Assembly (NCBI GenBank): GCA_963752255.1
Contig: CAVVXT010000005.1
Location: 10,117 to 74,116, forward strand
DNA: 64,000 nt
From: Nitrososphaeria archaeon
GTDB lineage: Archaea > Thermoproteota > Nitrososphaeria > JACIWG01
Reading direction: 5' to 3'
Shown: piece after piece, positions 50,219-59,399 of the stretch
Numbering within the stretch: the first letter of the stretch is position 1
Layout of the letters: every line of letters begins with the position of its first letter
The notes under the pieces: model-generated
What the model saw: only the letters and a program-made list of their open reading frames with translations
The model's database searches: none
What the model was told of the DNA's origin: nothing
Translations under genes and position numbers: made by a program

Positions 50219-50676
50219 AAATAAAAAGAAAGCATCCTCGTTAATATATTTTATCTTGTTAATCGGCTCACTATGCGACTTGTTTTCTAACATAACCCTT
50301 CTCGGCGACATCTGTAAACTGGTTAGGATGTAGGTTACGAAGAATGCTGCTGTTTTTACCATACACCTGAGTGATAAAATCGAGCAGGATATTCCATTCA
50401 GCTATTTCATCATAGAGACCTGAACTTATTCAATAGATTGGGATAGGTTTCTAAGGAAAGGTGAACATCTTTAAGCCTAACAGATGCTAAGGCAAAAAAA
50501 GACCTAAGTTTGCATTAGGTAAAGCCCTTCTGACTTGTAATCCTCTGAATTCCTTTATAGATACACTGTACATAATTTTGAACAAATAGGAGGATACTAA
50601 AAGAAATGTCCGAAAAGTAAAGGTAGTTGAGGTTGCATTATTGTTAGTGGCTCTGTTACCATGCCAACTGATGGTG

Positions 50677-50693
50677 AACCAATCGTATTGGTT
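50677..50693. promoter_or_regulatory. Perfect 7-3-7 palindrome AACCAAT-CGT-ATTGGTT upstream of the NRAMP gene (candidate operator)
   Basis: Read directly. Lies just upstream of a TATA-like catatataa (about 50707) and 46 nt before the TTG start at 50739. Confidence 0.3.
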
Positions 50694-50738
50694 TAGTTGA
50701 TGAAAACATATATAACAGAAACTTAGAAGACGATTACA

Positions 50739-51959
50739 TTGAAGCAACGTAGAATACTGGCTATGTTAAGCATTTTTGGACCAGCCATTTTGGTTTCAGT
50801 TGAACTGTTCAATCCAGCTAGTATTGTTGCCGCTACAGCTGCTGGCGCTTCAGTTGGTCTCGTAGTGTTATGGGCTGCCTTCTATTCAGGCATTATGCTC
50901 ATAGTAATACAGGAAATAAGTGCGAGACTAGGAGTTGTCACGGGAAAGACTTTAGCAGAGAATATTCGCGAGAGATATGGTGCTAACTTCTCCCACATAC
51001 TTTTTATTCCCTCTATATTTTTAGACATGTCAACTTTGACTGCCGAGGTTATGGGTTTAAGTTTGGCAATTTCTTTTTTCTTTAAAGCACCATATTCGAT
51101 AGCGATGATCGTTTCTGTTCTATTAACCACAATATTATTTAATATAGGCTCCTACAGCAAGTTAGAAAAAATAATAATGTTCCTTGTAACAACCATTTTC
51201 CTTATCTACTTCTATTTTCTTTTGTACGTTAACCTACCTTTATCGAACATTGTCATCGATTCTATAATACCTTCTTTCAAAAGTAACTCATTCTATTATG
51301 CCGAAGCCATAATTGGTGCGTCAATCATGCCAACCTACGTTATATTACACAGTGGGTTGGTTTATGAAAAAGGATGGGTTCATCACCACCAGCTCCCATT
51401 GGAGAGCTTGGAGGAGGATAGAAAAAATATTAGAAGCGAAAGAGTGGATTCCGTTTTTGGTTTACTGATGGGTACAGTTTTGAATATTGTGATAATAGCG
51501 TGCGCAACAGCGTTTTTAAGCGGAAGTGGAGTAAACAATTTTTCAGATTTAGCTCAACCATTTGGCGACAAACTTGGAAGCTTTGGCCTAACTCTATTTA
51601 CCATAGCATTTGCTTCTGCAGGTGTCTCAGCAATTATAACAGTTGGTTTAGCTAGTGTCTACAATACTTTCGGATTTTTGGGCTTTCAAGAACGTATGAC
51701 CAAAAAGAAGTTTAAAATGACATACGTAATTTGGGTTATAATTGCAGGTATCGCATCCCTTCTACCCAACAAAATAGAGTTCATCGTGTTAACCCAATAT
51801 CTTAACGGCGCCATGCTGCCATTTGTGCTGATACCTCTGGTACTTATCACTAGGAATGAGAAGGTCATGGGTAAGAACAAAATTGGCGTATTGATAAGTG
51901 CTTTTGCTTTGGCTACGGTCTCGATCACAACCCTTCTTTTTTTGATGACAATCATCTAG
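50739..51959 (+). CDS. NRAMP-family divalent metal (Mn2+/Fe2+) transporter
   Basis: FGPAILVS...AATAAGASVGLVVLWA...IQEISARLGVVTGKTLAE, with about 11 TM segments. Confidence 0.85.
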   Translation: MKQRRILAMLSIFGPAILVSVELFNPASIVAATAAGASVGLVVLWAAFYSGIMLIVIQEISARLGVVTGKTLAENIRERYGANFSHILFIPSIFLDMSTLTAEVMGLSLAISFFFKAPYSIAMIVSVLLTTILFNIGSYSKLEKIIMFLVTTIFLIYFYFLLYVNLPLSNIVIDSIIPSFKSNSFYYAEAIIGASIMPTYVILHSGLVYEKGWVHHHQLPLESLEEDRKNIRSERVDSVFGLLMGTVLNIVIIACATAFLSGSGVNNFSDLAQPFGDKLGSFGLTLFTIAFASAGVSAIITVGLASVYNTFGFLGFQERMTKKKFKMTYVIWVIIAGIASLLPNKIEFIVLTQYLNGAMLPFVLIPLVLITRNEKVMGKNKIGVLISAFALATVSITTLLFLMTII

Positions 51960-52180
51960 GACAATTATATTTGTATATGAATCTGAATAGATGCCCTCCA
52001 ACTTATACGCTGACCCATAAATCAGTTTTACCGTATTGACAATAATCTTTGCAGGGACTTACAAAGAAGAAAGATCATAGTCCTCAACATCAGTCTTATA
52101 GGATTGTTTGAAAAAGAAATTTAAACTTGGCTCTTAGATATCCTAACATATAAGATTAAACTAAATATAGCGGTGAGAAG

Positions 52181-53170
52181 TTGGGAGACAAACATTTCAC
52201 TTACGTTACGAACAACCTTGAAGAAGTTTGTTTCAAACTTCGATTTTTGTTAGAAAATGCTGTGAGGAAGGATTTGGCCGAAGGAATTCTTCTATCCGGA
52301 GGGTTGGACACGAGTATTCTTGCAGTCATAGCATCAAAGTTCATTCCTTTGAAAGCTGTTACCGTTGCTTTTCAAAATGCACCAGCACCAGATGTTAAAT
52401 ACGCAACCTTAATAGCTAATAAATTAGGACTTAAACATAACATTCATACCTTTAGCGTAGAAGAATTATATGATACCATTCCAATTGTTGTAAAGTCGTT
52501 AAGGTCTTTCGATCCGATGGAAATACGCAACAGCATAACAATCTATGTCGGCTTGAGGGTGGCAAAAGAGTATGGAGTATCCACGGTTATGACAGGAGAT
52601 GGATGTGATGAGCTCTTAGCTGGATACAGCTTTCTTTTCAGTCTGGAGAAAGAGCAACTTGATTTAGAATTGGAAAAATTGTGGAGTGTGATGGCTTTTT
52701 CATCCATCCCGCTTGCAAAAGTTCTTGGGATGGAGGCGAAGCTTCCCTATCTCGATCCCGACTTCAAAAATTTTGCCATAAAAATAGATTCACGATATAA
52801 GATTGGAGTAAAGAATGGGCAGGTTTATGGCAAGTGGATTTTGCGTAAAGCATTCGAAGGGTCCTTGCCAAAAAAAATCGCGTGGAGAATCAAAACTCCA
52901 ATAGAGTACGGTTCTGGAACAACCATGCTTACAAACTTCTTCAATCAGAAAATTACTGATTTAGAGTTTGAGAGTAAGAGAAAGAAGTATCTTACCGAGG
53001 ATAGGGTAACGATCCGTGATAAGGAGCAACTTTTCTACTATGAGGCCTATAAGTTAGTAGTAGGTATACCGCACACAACCAGTATAGAAGGAAAGATATG
53101 CCCCCAATGCCACTCTAATATTCCTGAAAAAGCCACCTACTGCCGGACATGTGGAGCATACCCCATATAG
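52181..53170 (+). CDS. Asparagine-synthetase-like PP-loop domain protein lacking a glutaminase domain, with a C-terminal zinc ribbon
   Basis: SGGLDTS PP-loop, TGDGCDELLAGY, then CPQCH...YCRTCG at the end. Confidence 0.75.
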   Translation: MGDKHFTYVTNNLEEVCFKLRFLLENAVRKDLAEGILLSGGLDTSILAVIASKFIPLKAVTVAFQNAPAPDVKYATLIANKLGLKHNIHTFSVEELYDTIPIVVKSLRSFDPMEIRNSITIYVGLRVAKEYGVSTVMTGDGCDELLAGYSFLFSLEKEQLDLELEKLWSVMAFSSIPLAKVLGMEAKLPYLDPDFKNFAIKIDSRYKIGVKNGQVYGKWILRKAFEGSLPKKIAWRIKTPIEYGSGTTMLTNFFNQKITDLEFESKRKKYLTEDRVTIRDKEQLFYYEAYKLVVGIPHTTSIEGKICPQCHSNIPEKATYCRTCGAYPI

Positions 53171-54009
53171 CGAAAGTTGTTCGACCTTCTCCCGCCCAAT
53201 ATAATCTTACAACTCTTTATGATTATATTAGTATCTAAAAAATGCTTTAAGCGAAAGAATTCTTCCGTTCTTATAGTGTCAATAACGCCTTTGGCATTAG
53301 GCCATCACTTTTCAGACGGACTATATGATACTATATCTAATCGTTTTGTTAACTATATCTTTTTATTATATACTTATTTATGCTCTAAAACACATGAAAC
53401 GATTTTTAAAGCCTTCTAAAATACTCTATAGGATATTTACTTATCACGGTTAAAACAGCATTCTATCAAGGCACCTTATTCGATTAAAAAAGGGTGGTTT
53501 TCTAATTGGAATTTCTTTAATTCATATAGGAAAATAGCAGACATGAAGGAAGTTATTAGAAGGGTTTCTATTAGACTAGGATCCATTAAATTAATTTTAT
53601 TGACTATTAAGTTATTTAGAAATAGACTATAAGATAGAGAAACTAATGTGGAAGTTCCGCCATACTAATCAATTATTATTACAAATCTATATCATAAAAA
53701 CCTATCCAAACGTCCATTTTCTTATCATTTCAAGCCAAAAACAGGGCATTTCCTAGACCATTTCAGACAGTAGAACTTCGTAGGTTGCCGAGAGTTTCCA
53801 GGTGTTATATCTACTAAATTAGTGTCTAAATTGAGTGTAAACCCGCTATTAGCTGCAATAACTAAAGCAACTTCTGCTATCCTAAGCTCGCTTAGTATTT
53901 CAAAAAAGAAGAAATCATAAAATATCAAATGAAGTATCTTTTAGTGATTTGGTTAAAGAAAATAGGCGTAGATGTATAATTACGTAAACGTATAATTGCA
54001 TTTATATTT

Positions 54010-55314
54010 ATGTTTAAGTTTACATTAAGTATGAACATAGAGAAACTTACGTGTTTTATTCCTGTTGGCGGTCAGGCTAAAAGATTAATGCCTCTGACAC
54101 ATGACGTATCGAAGCCTTGTGTCAGGTTCTTGAATAGGCCGTTAATTGAATTCTCGATAGCAACGTTAGCTGAGCAGGGTGTGAAGGGCTTTATTTTCGG
54201 GGAGTATGGTTATACCAACTATTCGAACCTTTTCGATCAATATGGGGAAGGAGTAGGGTTCTCAGCAAAGTATAAGATTGAGCCGAGGATACACATCAGA
54301 CACCAACCAAACCTAGACGACTTGGGAAGCGCCGATTCTTTTAGGCTGAACATGGGATATTATAATATTCGCAATCCAGTTATTGTTGTACAGGGGGATA
54401 ATCTTTTCAACATCAATCTAAATGACTTGATTAAAAATCATGAAGAAAGGAAGGCATTAATGACCATTGCCTTAACAAAGGTGGGAAAAACTGAAGAATA
54501 TGGTATAGCTGATGTAGACAAAGATCTGAAGATTAAGAGTTTTATCGAAAAACCTCAAGCAGGAAGAGCACCAGGCAACCTTGCAAACGCAGGCATCTAC
54601 CTACTTTCACCAGAGATCAGAAAGATAGTTGAAGGTGAAGAAGTAAAAAAGATTAGGGATGAGAGAGGAAGGCTCGATTTCGGTTTTGATTTGATTCCTT
54701 ACATGATTGATAAAGGTTTTCCAGTCTACGGATATGAACTGAAAGTATGGTACGATGTGGGGAGCCCAGAAAAATATCTAGAAGCTATGCATGACATCCT
54801 CTATGGAAAGCTGAACATTAGAGTCTCAGAAGAAAAGATACTACCTAAAAGAAACGTCTGGGTACAGGGATACAGCGAAGAATCCGTTGGAAGACGAAAC
54901 GAAATAATTAGAAAATATAATGAAAACAAATTGTCAATAGAAGGCGCTGCCCTAATAGGCAGACACACTGAAATAGGTAATTATTCTAGAATTTCTGATT
55001 CAAATATTGACAATTTCTGTACACTCGGTGAACATGTGGATGTAGAGAGATCGGCGATCTTGGACGCTGTGAGGATTGGAGATTATGCACGTGTATCAGA
55101 CAGCATTGTAGGCAGGAAGGTAATTATAGAATCAACCAGTGAAAACCCAACATATATAGAATCAAATTCAGTGATAGGCAACACTGTCCGAATTAGGAAG
55201 GGCTGTAAACTTATAGGAACCAAAGTGAACCCTGGTTTAATAATTCCACCCAAGATGACATACGTCAATAATTTCCTGCAGGACTACCAAGACGTCGCTA
55301 AATTAGCGTCTTAA
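54010..55314 (+). CDS. Sugar-phosphate nucleotidyltransferase with a C-terminal left-handed beta-helix
   Basis: IPVGGQAKRLMPLT, VVQGDNLF and hexapeptide-like repeats in the C-terminal third. The start may be the Met at 54031. Confidence 0.8.
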   Translation: MFKFTLSMNIEKLTCFIPVGGQAKRLMPLTHDVSKPCVRFLNRPLIEFSIATLAEQGVKGFIFGEYGYTNYSNLFDQYGEGVGFSAKYKIEPRIHIRHQPNLDDLGSADSFRLNMGYYNIRNPVIVVQGDNLFNINLNDLIKNHEERKALMTIALTKVGKTEEYGIADVDKDLKIKSFIEKPQAGRAPGNLANAGIYLLSPEIRKIVEGEEVKKIRDERGRLDFGFDLIPYMIDKGFPVYGYELKVWYDVGSPEKYLEAMHDILYGKLNIRVSEEKILPKRNVWVQGYSEESVGRRNEIIRKYNENKLSIEGAALIGRHTEIGNYSRISDSNIDNFCTLGEHVDVERSAILDAVRIGDYARVSDSIVGRKVIIESTSENPTYIESNSVIGNTVRIRKGCKLIGTKVNPGLIIPPKMTYVNNFLQDYQDVAKLAS

Positions 55315-55583
55315 ACTGGAGGTTTACTGTGAATAACCGAGGAATATATCCCATTTATCGGACCTGAATGACGGTTATTTGTTAGTCGGTCTGTGACAGC
55401 TTCTATTCTATACGGTCGGACTGGAACCTTTTTGGTTAGGTATTATTGGAATTGTTCTATCTGCTAACCGTCATATCTAGTAAAATTAAGAGGACTCCGT
55501 CAAAACCCTTTTATGTAGCGAATTGAAGAATTTAAATCTAAAATAAGATATAATTGGGGCTTTTAAAATTTTGTGCTATAAGA

Positions 55584-56236
55584 CTACTTCAGTAGTTTTA
55601 TCGACATAAAAGTCGTCCAAGCTGAAATTATTAACGCTTCAATTAGTTCAGGAACGGCAAAGCCAACCCTTGCAGATAGGACGAAAAAAACTATTGGCAG
55701 TACGAAGATGGCCATGATCGCCGCTATTCCGGCGACAATGCTTACTTTTCTAGTCAAACCTGGTCTTATGCCATAACCTATCAAAATGAAACCTATAGGA
55801 GCTAAGATAAAGTAACCTATAGCAACAGTCGCATGTAGAGCAAGATATTTTTCTGTTAATATGCTAACTAAGCTAGACATATGCTACTTAGCATTATTGA
55901 GACGACTCCTATTTTGATCTGTCTACCCTTATCTAGGTATTGACCGATCCCTAGTGCAAACAGGAAATCTAGTGTGCCCCCAATCAAAACGGCGCTATTA
56001 AAGATAGTTGATTCTTTGCTAATCCCCAAATCGCTCAAAGCATTCGTATCCCATCTAAACCAGCCTGATATGAAAGTGGCGGTTAAAATCATAATTAAAG
56101 GCAGAACAGAGCCTATAATTCCGAATAACCCTGCAAACTTCAGACTTATAGACATGTTTCCTTTTGGTTTTGCGCTCACTTTGGCTCCTCGATAAACTGT
56201 TTTCCTAATAGCAATATAATCTTTAGCTAGTCTCAC
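55584..56236 (-). pseudogene. DUF998-like membrane protein split by a frameshift near 55868-55885
   Basis: GWFRWDTNALSDLG matches 28822..29379. The two ORFs (122 and 98 aa) together equal one family-length protein. Confidence 0.6.
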
Positions 56237-56269
56237 TACTGATTCTCTTATAGTAGTTTGAAATTAACC

Positions 56270-56734
56270 CTACGTACCGATACGTAGACTTAAGGTCCTA
56301 GCAAATTCTTCTGCTTTCTTTAAGTCACTTTCATTTGGTCTTCCTCTACTTATTCCACCAATGAATTTTAGAAAGCCGTTCGTGTCGAACCCTCTACAAC
56401 AGAATTCGCCTATAATGTTAAAACCTTTATCCTCTAAGCTCTTTCTAAGAGCTTTATGCCCGCTAGGGCAAGATAAAGCTTCCTCTTGTAGAAAAAATGA
56501 ATACGTTTTTCCCTACAGGCTGCATCTTCTCAATGAGCTCAAACAATGTTATGTCATGTTTACCGTAATAGATCCCAGAACCAAAGCCTATGAAATCATA
56601 TTCCAAAAGAGAATTTACATCTACTCCGTCTGGTTTCTAGTTCTCCGCCCATAATCCTTGCTATAACGTCAGCAACACTTCTTTGTGTTACCATGGTGGT
56701 ATGAACTGCAGATCACTAGAGTCTTCAAAATCAC
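56270..56734 (-). pseudogene. Flavodoxin-family gene with at least 3 frameshifts
   Basis: Minus-strand pieces in different frames: KTLVICSSYHHGNT, QRSVADVIARIMGGELE, PDGVDVNSLLEYDFIGFGSGIYYGKHDITLFELIEKMQPVGKNVFIFSTRGS and EFCCRGFDTNGFLKFIGGISRGRPNESDLKKAEEFARTL. Confidence 0.65.
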
Positions 56735-56798
56735 TTTCTACTTACGATATCTTACTGTAGTCATAGTTAAATATAAATTATAAAGTTGTAAGCGAAAA

Positions 56799-57332
56799 TC
56801 AACGTTGTTGTTTGTTTACGACTAAGAGATCACCCAAATTTTCCCCTATCTTCTGGAATTTCTCCTCTTCTCCTTCTCTTAGATGGGCCGATGATCTTCT
56901 TGCTTCCTTATCACTTTCTTCCCTTTTTGAGGAAGTATAGATAATTCCTGACGAATAAGGCATAATTATGTTCAACCCTAATTTCCTCAGTTCCTTTTCG
57001 ATGTATTTCGCAGCGCTTCCAGCAAAGAAACTGTCTTTTCTAGTATCGAATGCAAAGCCATATTTGTACCTGAGGTTAAGGCTCTCCAAAGTCTTAAGGA
57101 ACTCCTTCGTTAGCTCAGAAGAGGTTTGGTAATGTGTTGGTGCACCTAGCGCAATCAGATCATATGATGCTAGGTCCTGATTCCTAACTTCCCTTATACT
57201 GTAGCATATAGTTTCTATCTCATGCTTCCTTATCCCCGCTGCTAACGACTCCGCTATCTTCCGAGTGTTGCCGTATAGTGATTCATAGATTATGATTACT
57301 TTTACTCTAGGAATCTTCTTTTCTTGAGCCAA
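56799..57332 (-). CDS. Flavodoxin-like protein
   Basis: VKVIIIYESLYGNTRKIAESLA and LIALGAPTH. Confidence 0.75.
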   Translation of the reverse strand: MAQEKKIPRVKVIIIYESLYGNTRKIAESLAAGIRKHEIETICYSIREVRNQDLASYDLIALGAPTHYQTSSELTKEFLKTLESLNLRYKYGFAFDTRKDSFFAGSAAKYIEKELRKLGLNIIMPYSSGIIYTSSKREESDKEARRSSAHLREGEEEKFQKIGENLGDLLVVNKQQR

Positions 57333-57580
57333 CTTTCATCATAGGAAAACATACAATTTAGTATTTAATAATTCACTTTGTATACTCCAATCTGCGACCT
57401 ACTATTTTCTTTGCTATTCCAAATCCGATCCAAGTCTCTCTATTCTAAAAGGGTTATCTAAAATAAAAAAAAGCCCTCCACAAAAGCAGCATTATAAAAC
57501 GATAAAAGGTAGGAATAAGCATATTTTACATTTTTTATTACTTAGGTTTTACAGATTACAATACGATTTTATACGTTAGT

Positions 57581-57856
57581 CTATTCTAATCTTTTTATTA
57601 TATGCCAGCCAAATTTGGTTTTGACAGGTTGCGAAATCTGCCCCTTATTTAAAGAGAATGCGGCTACCTCAAACTCTCTAACCATCTGTCCTCTACCAAA
57701 GGTTCCTAAATCGCCTCCTCTCTTCTTCGATGGGCACATTGACTTCTCTGTTGCAAGCTTTGAAAAGCTCGCACCCTTACTTAACTGCTCAGATACTCCC
57801 TTCGCTTCCTGTTCCGTCCTCACCAAAATGTGTGCGCAGTGCACTCTATCGGCCAT
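57581..57856 (-). CDS. Parvulin-type peptidyl-prolyl isomerase
   Basis: HILV...GGDLGTFGRGQMVREFEVAAFSL...PVKTKFGWHIIK. Confidence 0.9.
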   Translation of the reverse strand: MADRVHCAHILVRTEQEAKGVSEQLSKGASFSKLATEKSMCPSKKRGGDLGTFGRGQMVREFEVAAFSLNKGQISQPVKTKFGWHIIKRLE

Positions 57857-57905
57857 ATCTTGATAGTTAGATGTTTATCTTATAAATCTTAATTTTGTGG
57901 CAGAT

Positions 57906-58252
57906 CTATTTTGGTTCGACGGTAAATCCGATCTTTTCTAGAACCTTGATTGCAGAAGGTAGATCTTCTTCTTTGACGAGTATATGGTCTGTAGAGTAGG
58001 CGGAAACTGTAAAGATACTGGTATTTTGGTCTGCTAGAGTTTTGGAAATTCTTGCCAGGAATCCGACTAATTCAAAGTGCAATGTCATGTCGAATGATAT
58101 TATCCTAGAAGTTTCTTTTCATCTCAATCACATCCTCTACGTTAACCTTGGATTGTTCTATGATAACTGTGATTTCATTTCTATCTTTAATAGTTGCAAA
58201 AGCGTCTCGAAGAATTCCCTTCGACTTTATGATAGCAAACTTCTCCTTCCAA
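57906..58252 (-). pseudogene. ACT-domain protein, frameshifted near 58105-58125
   Basis: The N-terminal part (EGEKFAIIKSKGILRDAFATIKDRNEITVIIEQ...IEMK) and the C-terminal part (RIISFDMTLHFELVGFLARISKTLADQNTSIFTVSAYSTDHILV) are in different frames. Confidence 0.6.
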
Positions 58253-58395
58253 AATTAGCTTCTTAAGCTAATTTTCTTCTACAACATTATAAAGATTGTA
58301 TTTTATGTTATAATATCTATCGTTTGATTAGTCCTATTTGTTGAACGTTGAACTAAACCTATATAAATGACGTAGCCGATATTCAATCGTTCTTT

Positions 58396-58845
58396 ATGCC
58401 TATACTAAAGGTAGGTTCCAAGTTGCCTGCATTGGAAGGGGTTGACCAGAACGGTAACAAGGTTAACTTTAAGGATCTATATGGGAAACCCACTATAATC
58501 TACTTCTATCCTATGGATAACACGCCAGGATGCACTAAGGAGGCTTGCTCGTTCAGAGACAACAAGAGCATGTTTGAGGGAATAAACGTCATTGGTGTAA
58601 GCGTTCAGAGCGCTGAATCCCATCAAAGGTTCTTCATAAAATATTCTCTGAACTTCACTCTTGTAGCTGATACTGATAAGAAGATATCGAAGGCCTTCGG
58701 TGTTCTCAAGCTTACCGGACTTGATAGTAGGGTTACGTTCATCTTTGGTAAAGACGGTGTACTAAAATATGTCTATGATAAGGTTGATCCTGAAGGCCAT
58801 GCTGAGGAAGTTCTTGTAAAGATAAAGGAACTGGGTCTTATCTAG
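58396..58845 (+). CDS. bcp: Peroxiredoxin, Bcp type
   Basis: FYPMDNTPGCTKEACSFRD. Confidence 0.9.
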   Translation: MPILKVGSKLPALEGVDQNGNKVNFKDLYGKPTIIYFYPMDNTPGCTKEACSFRDNKSMFEGINVIGVSVQSAESHQRFFIKYSLNFTLVADTDKKISKAFGVLKLTGLDSRVTFIFGKDGVLKYVYDKVDPEGHAEEVLVKIKELGLI

Positions 58846-58982
58846 TAACTTTTATGTGAAATAAAAAGTCTAGAACCTTCGAAATAATTGACTATGCTTC
58901 TAATGAATTTGTTGATATTCTATCGAAATACGATATGTATAAATTTGTGTGACCATTTTTATTTATACATAGTCTAAACTAG

Positions 58983-59399
58983 ATGGTGAAACGCCTTTCC
59001 GTCATTGATTCCAACAGATGCACGGGTTGTCAGAGCTGTATGTTCGCATGTTCTAGAAGGTTTGGTTCTGGAGGACTAGCTAATGCTGCATTACATGTCA
59101 AATCAGTTGGTGGCATGGAACATGGTTTTGTGGTTGTTGTATGTAGGGCTTGTGCTAGTCCTCCATGTGCCAAGGTTTGTCCTGTTGACGCATTATCTGT
59201 GAGAACTGGTGGAGGCGTTAGGTTGGACAATTCAAAATGCATAGGTTGTGGCCTTTGCGCAAAATCCTGTCCATATGGTGCAATATTATGGAATGAGGAA
59301 GAAAATAAGCCCATAATATGTGTGTATTGTGGATACTGTGCCAACTATTGCCCTCATGACGTTATAGCCCTTGAAGAATTGGAGGCAAAGACGCTATGA
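58983..59399 (+). CDS. 4Fe-4S dicluster protein (electron-transfer partner of the downstream AOR)
   Basis: CTGCQSCMFAC, CIGCGLCAKSCP and CVYCGYCANYCP. ATGA overlap with the AOR start. Confidence 0.85.
   Translation: MVKRLSVIDSNRCTGCQSCMFACSRRFGSGGLANAALHVKSVGGMEHGFVVVVCRACASPPCAKVCPVDALSVRTGGGVRLDNSKCIGCGLCAKSCPYGAILWNEEENKPIICVYCGYCANYCPHDVIALEELEAKTL

Noticed and set aside
50363-50738. A Mn2+ (yybP-ykoY-type) riboswitch upstream of the NRAMP gene.
   Set aside because: I could not recognise the conserved four-helix core sequences, and the class is not expected in archaea. Only the short palindrome at 50677-50693 is kept, as a candidate DNA operator.
53177-53928. ORFs 53177..53419 (plus strand) and 53725..53928 (minus strand) in the AT-rich gap.
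   Set aside because: The composition is not protein-like (Phe/Ile/Leu/Asn runs), no motifs were found, and there is no coupling to neighbouring genes.
55366-55475. A 10-bp inverted repeat (atgacggtta / taaccgtcat) flanking about 90 bp, considered as a MITE or structured RNA.
   Set aside because: It is a single occurrence with short arms, and I could find no second copy or target-site duplication. It may be chance.
58100-58125. An in-frame TAG in the ACT-domain gene as a possible pyrrolysine or read-through codon.
   Set aside because: The conserved downstream sequence (RIISFDMTLHFELVG) is in a different frame from the TAG, so a frameshift explains the break.
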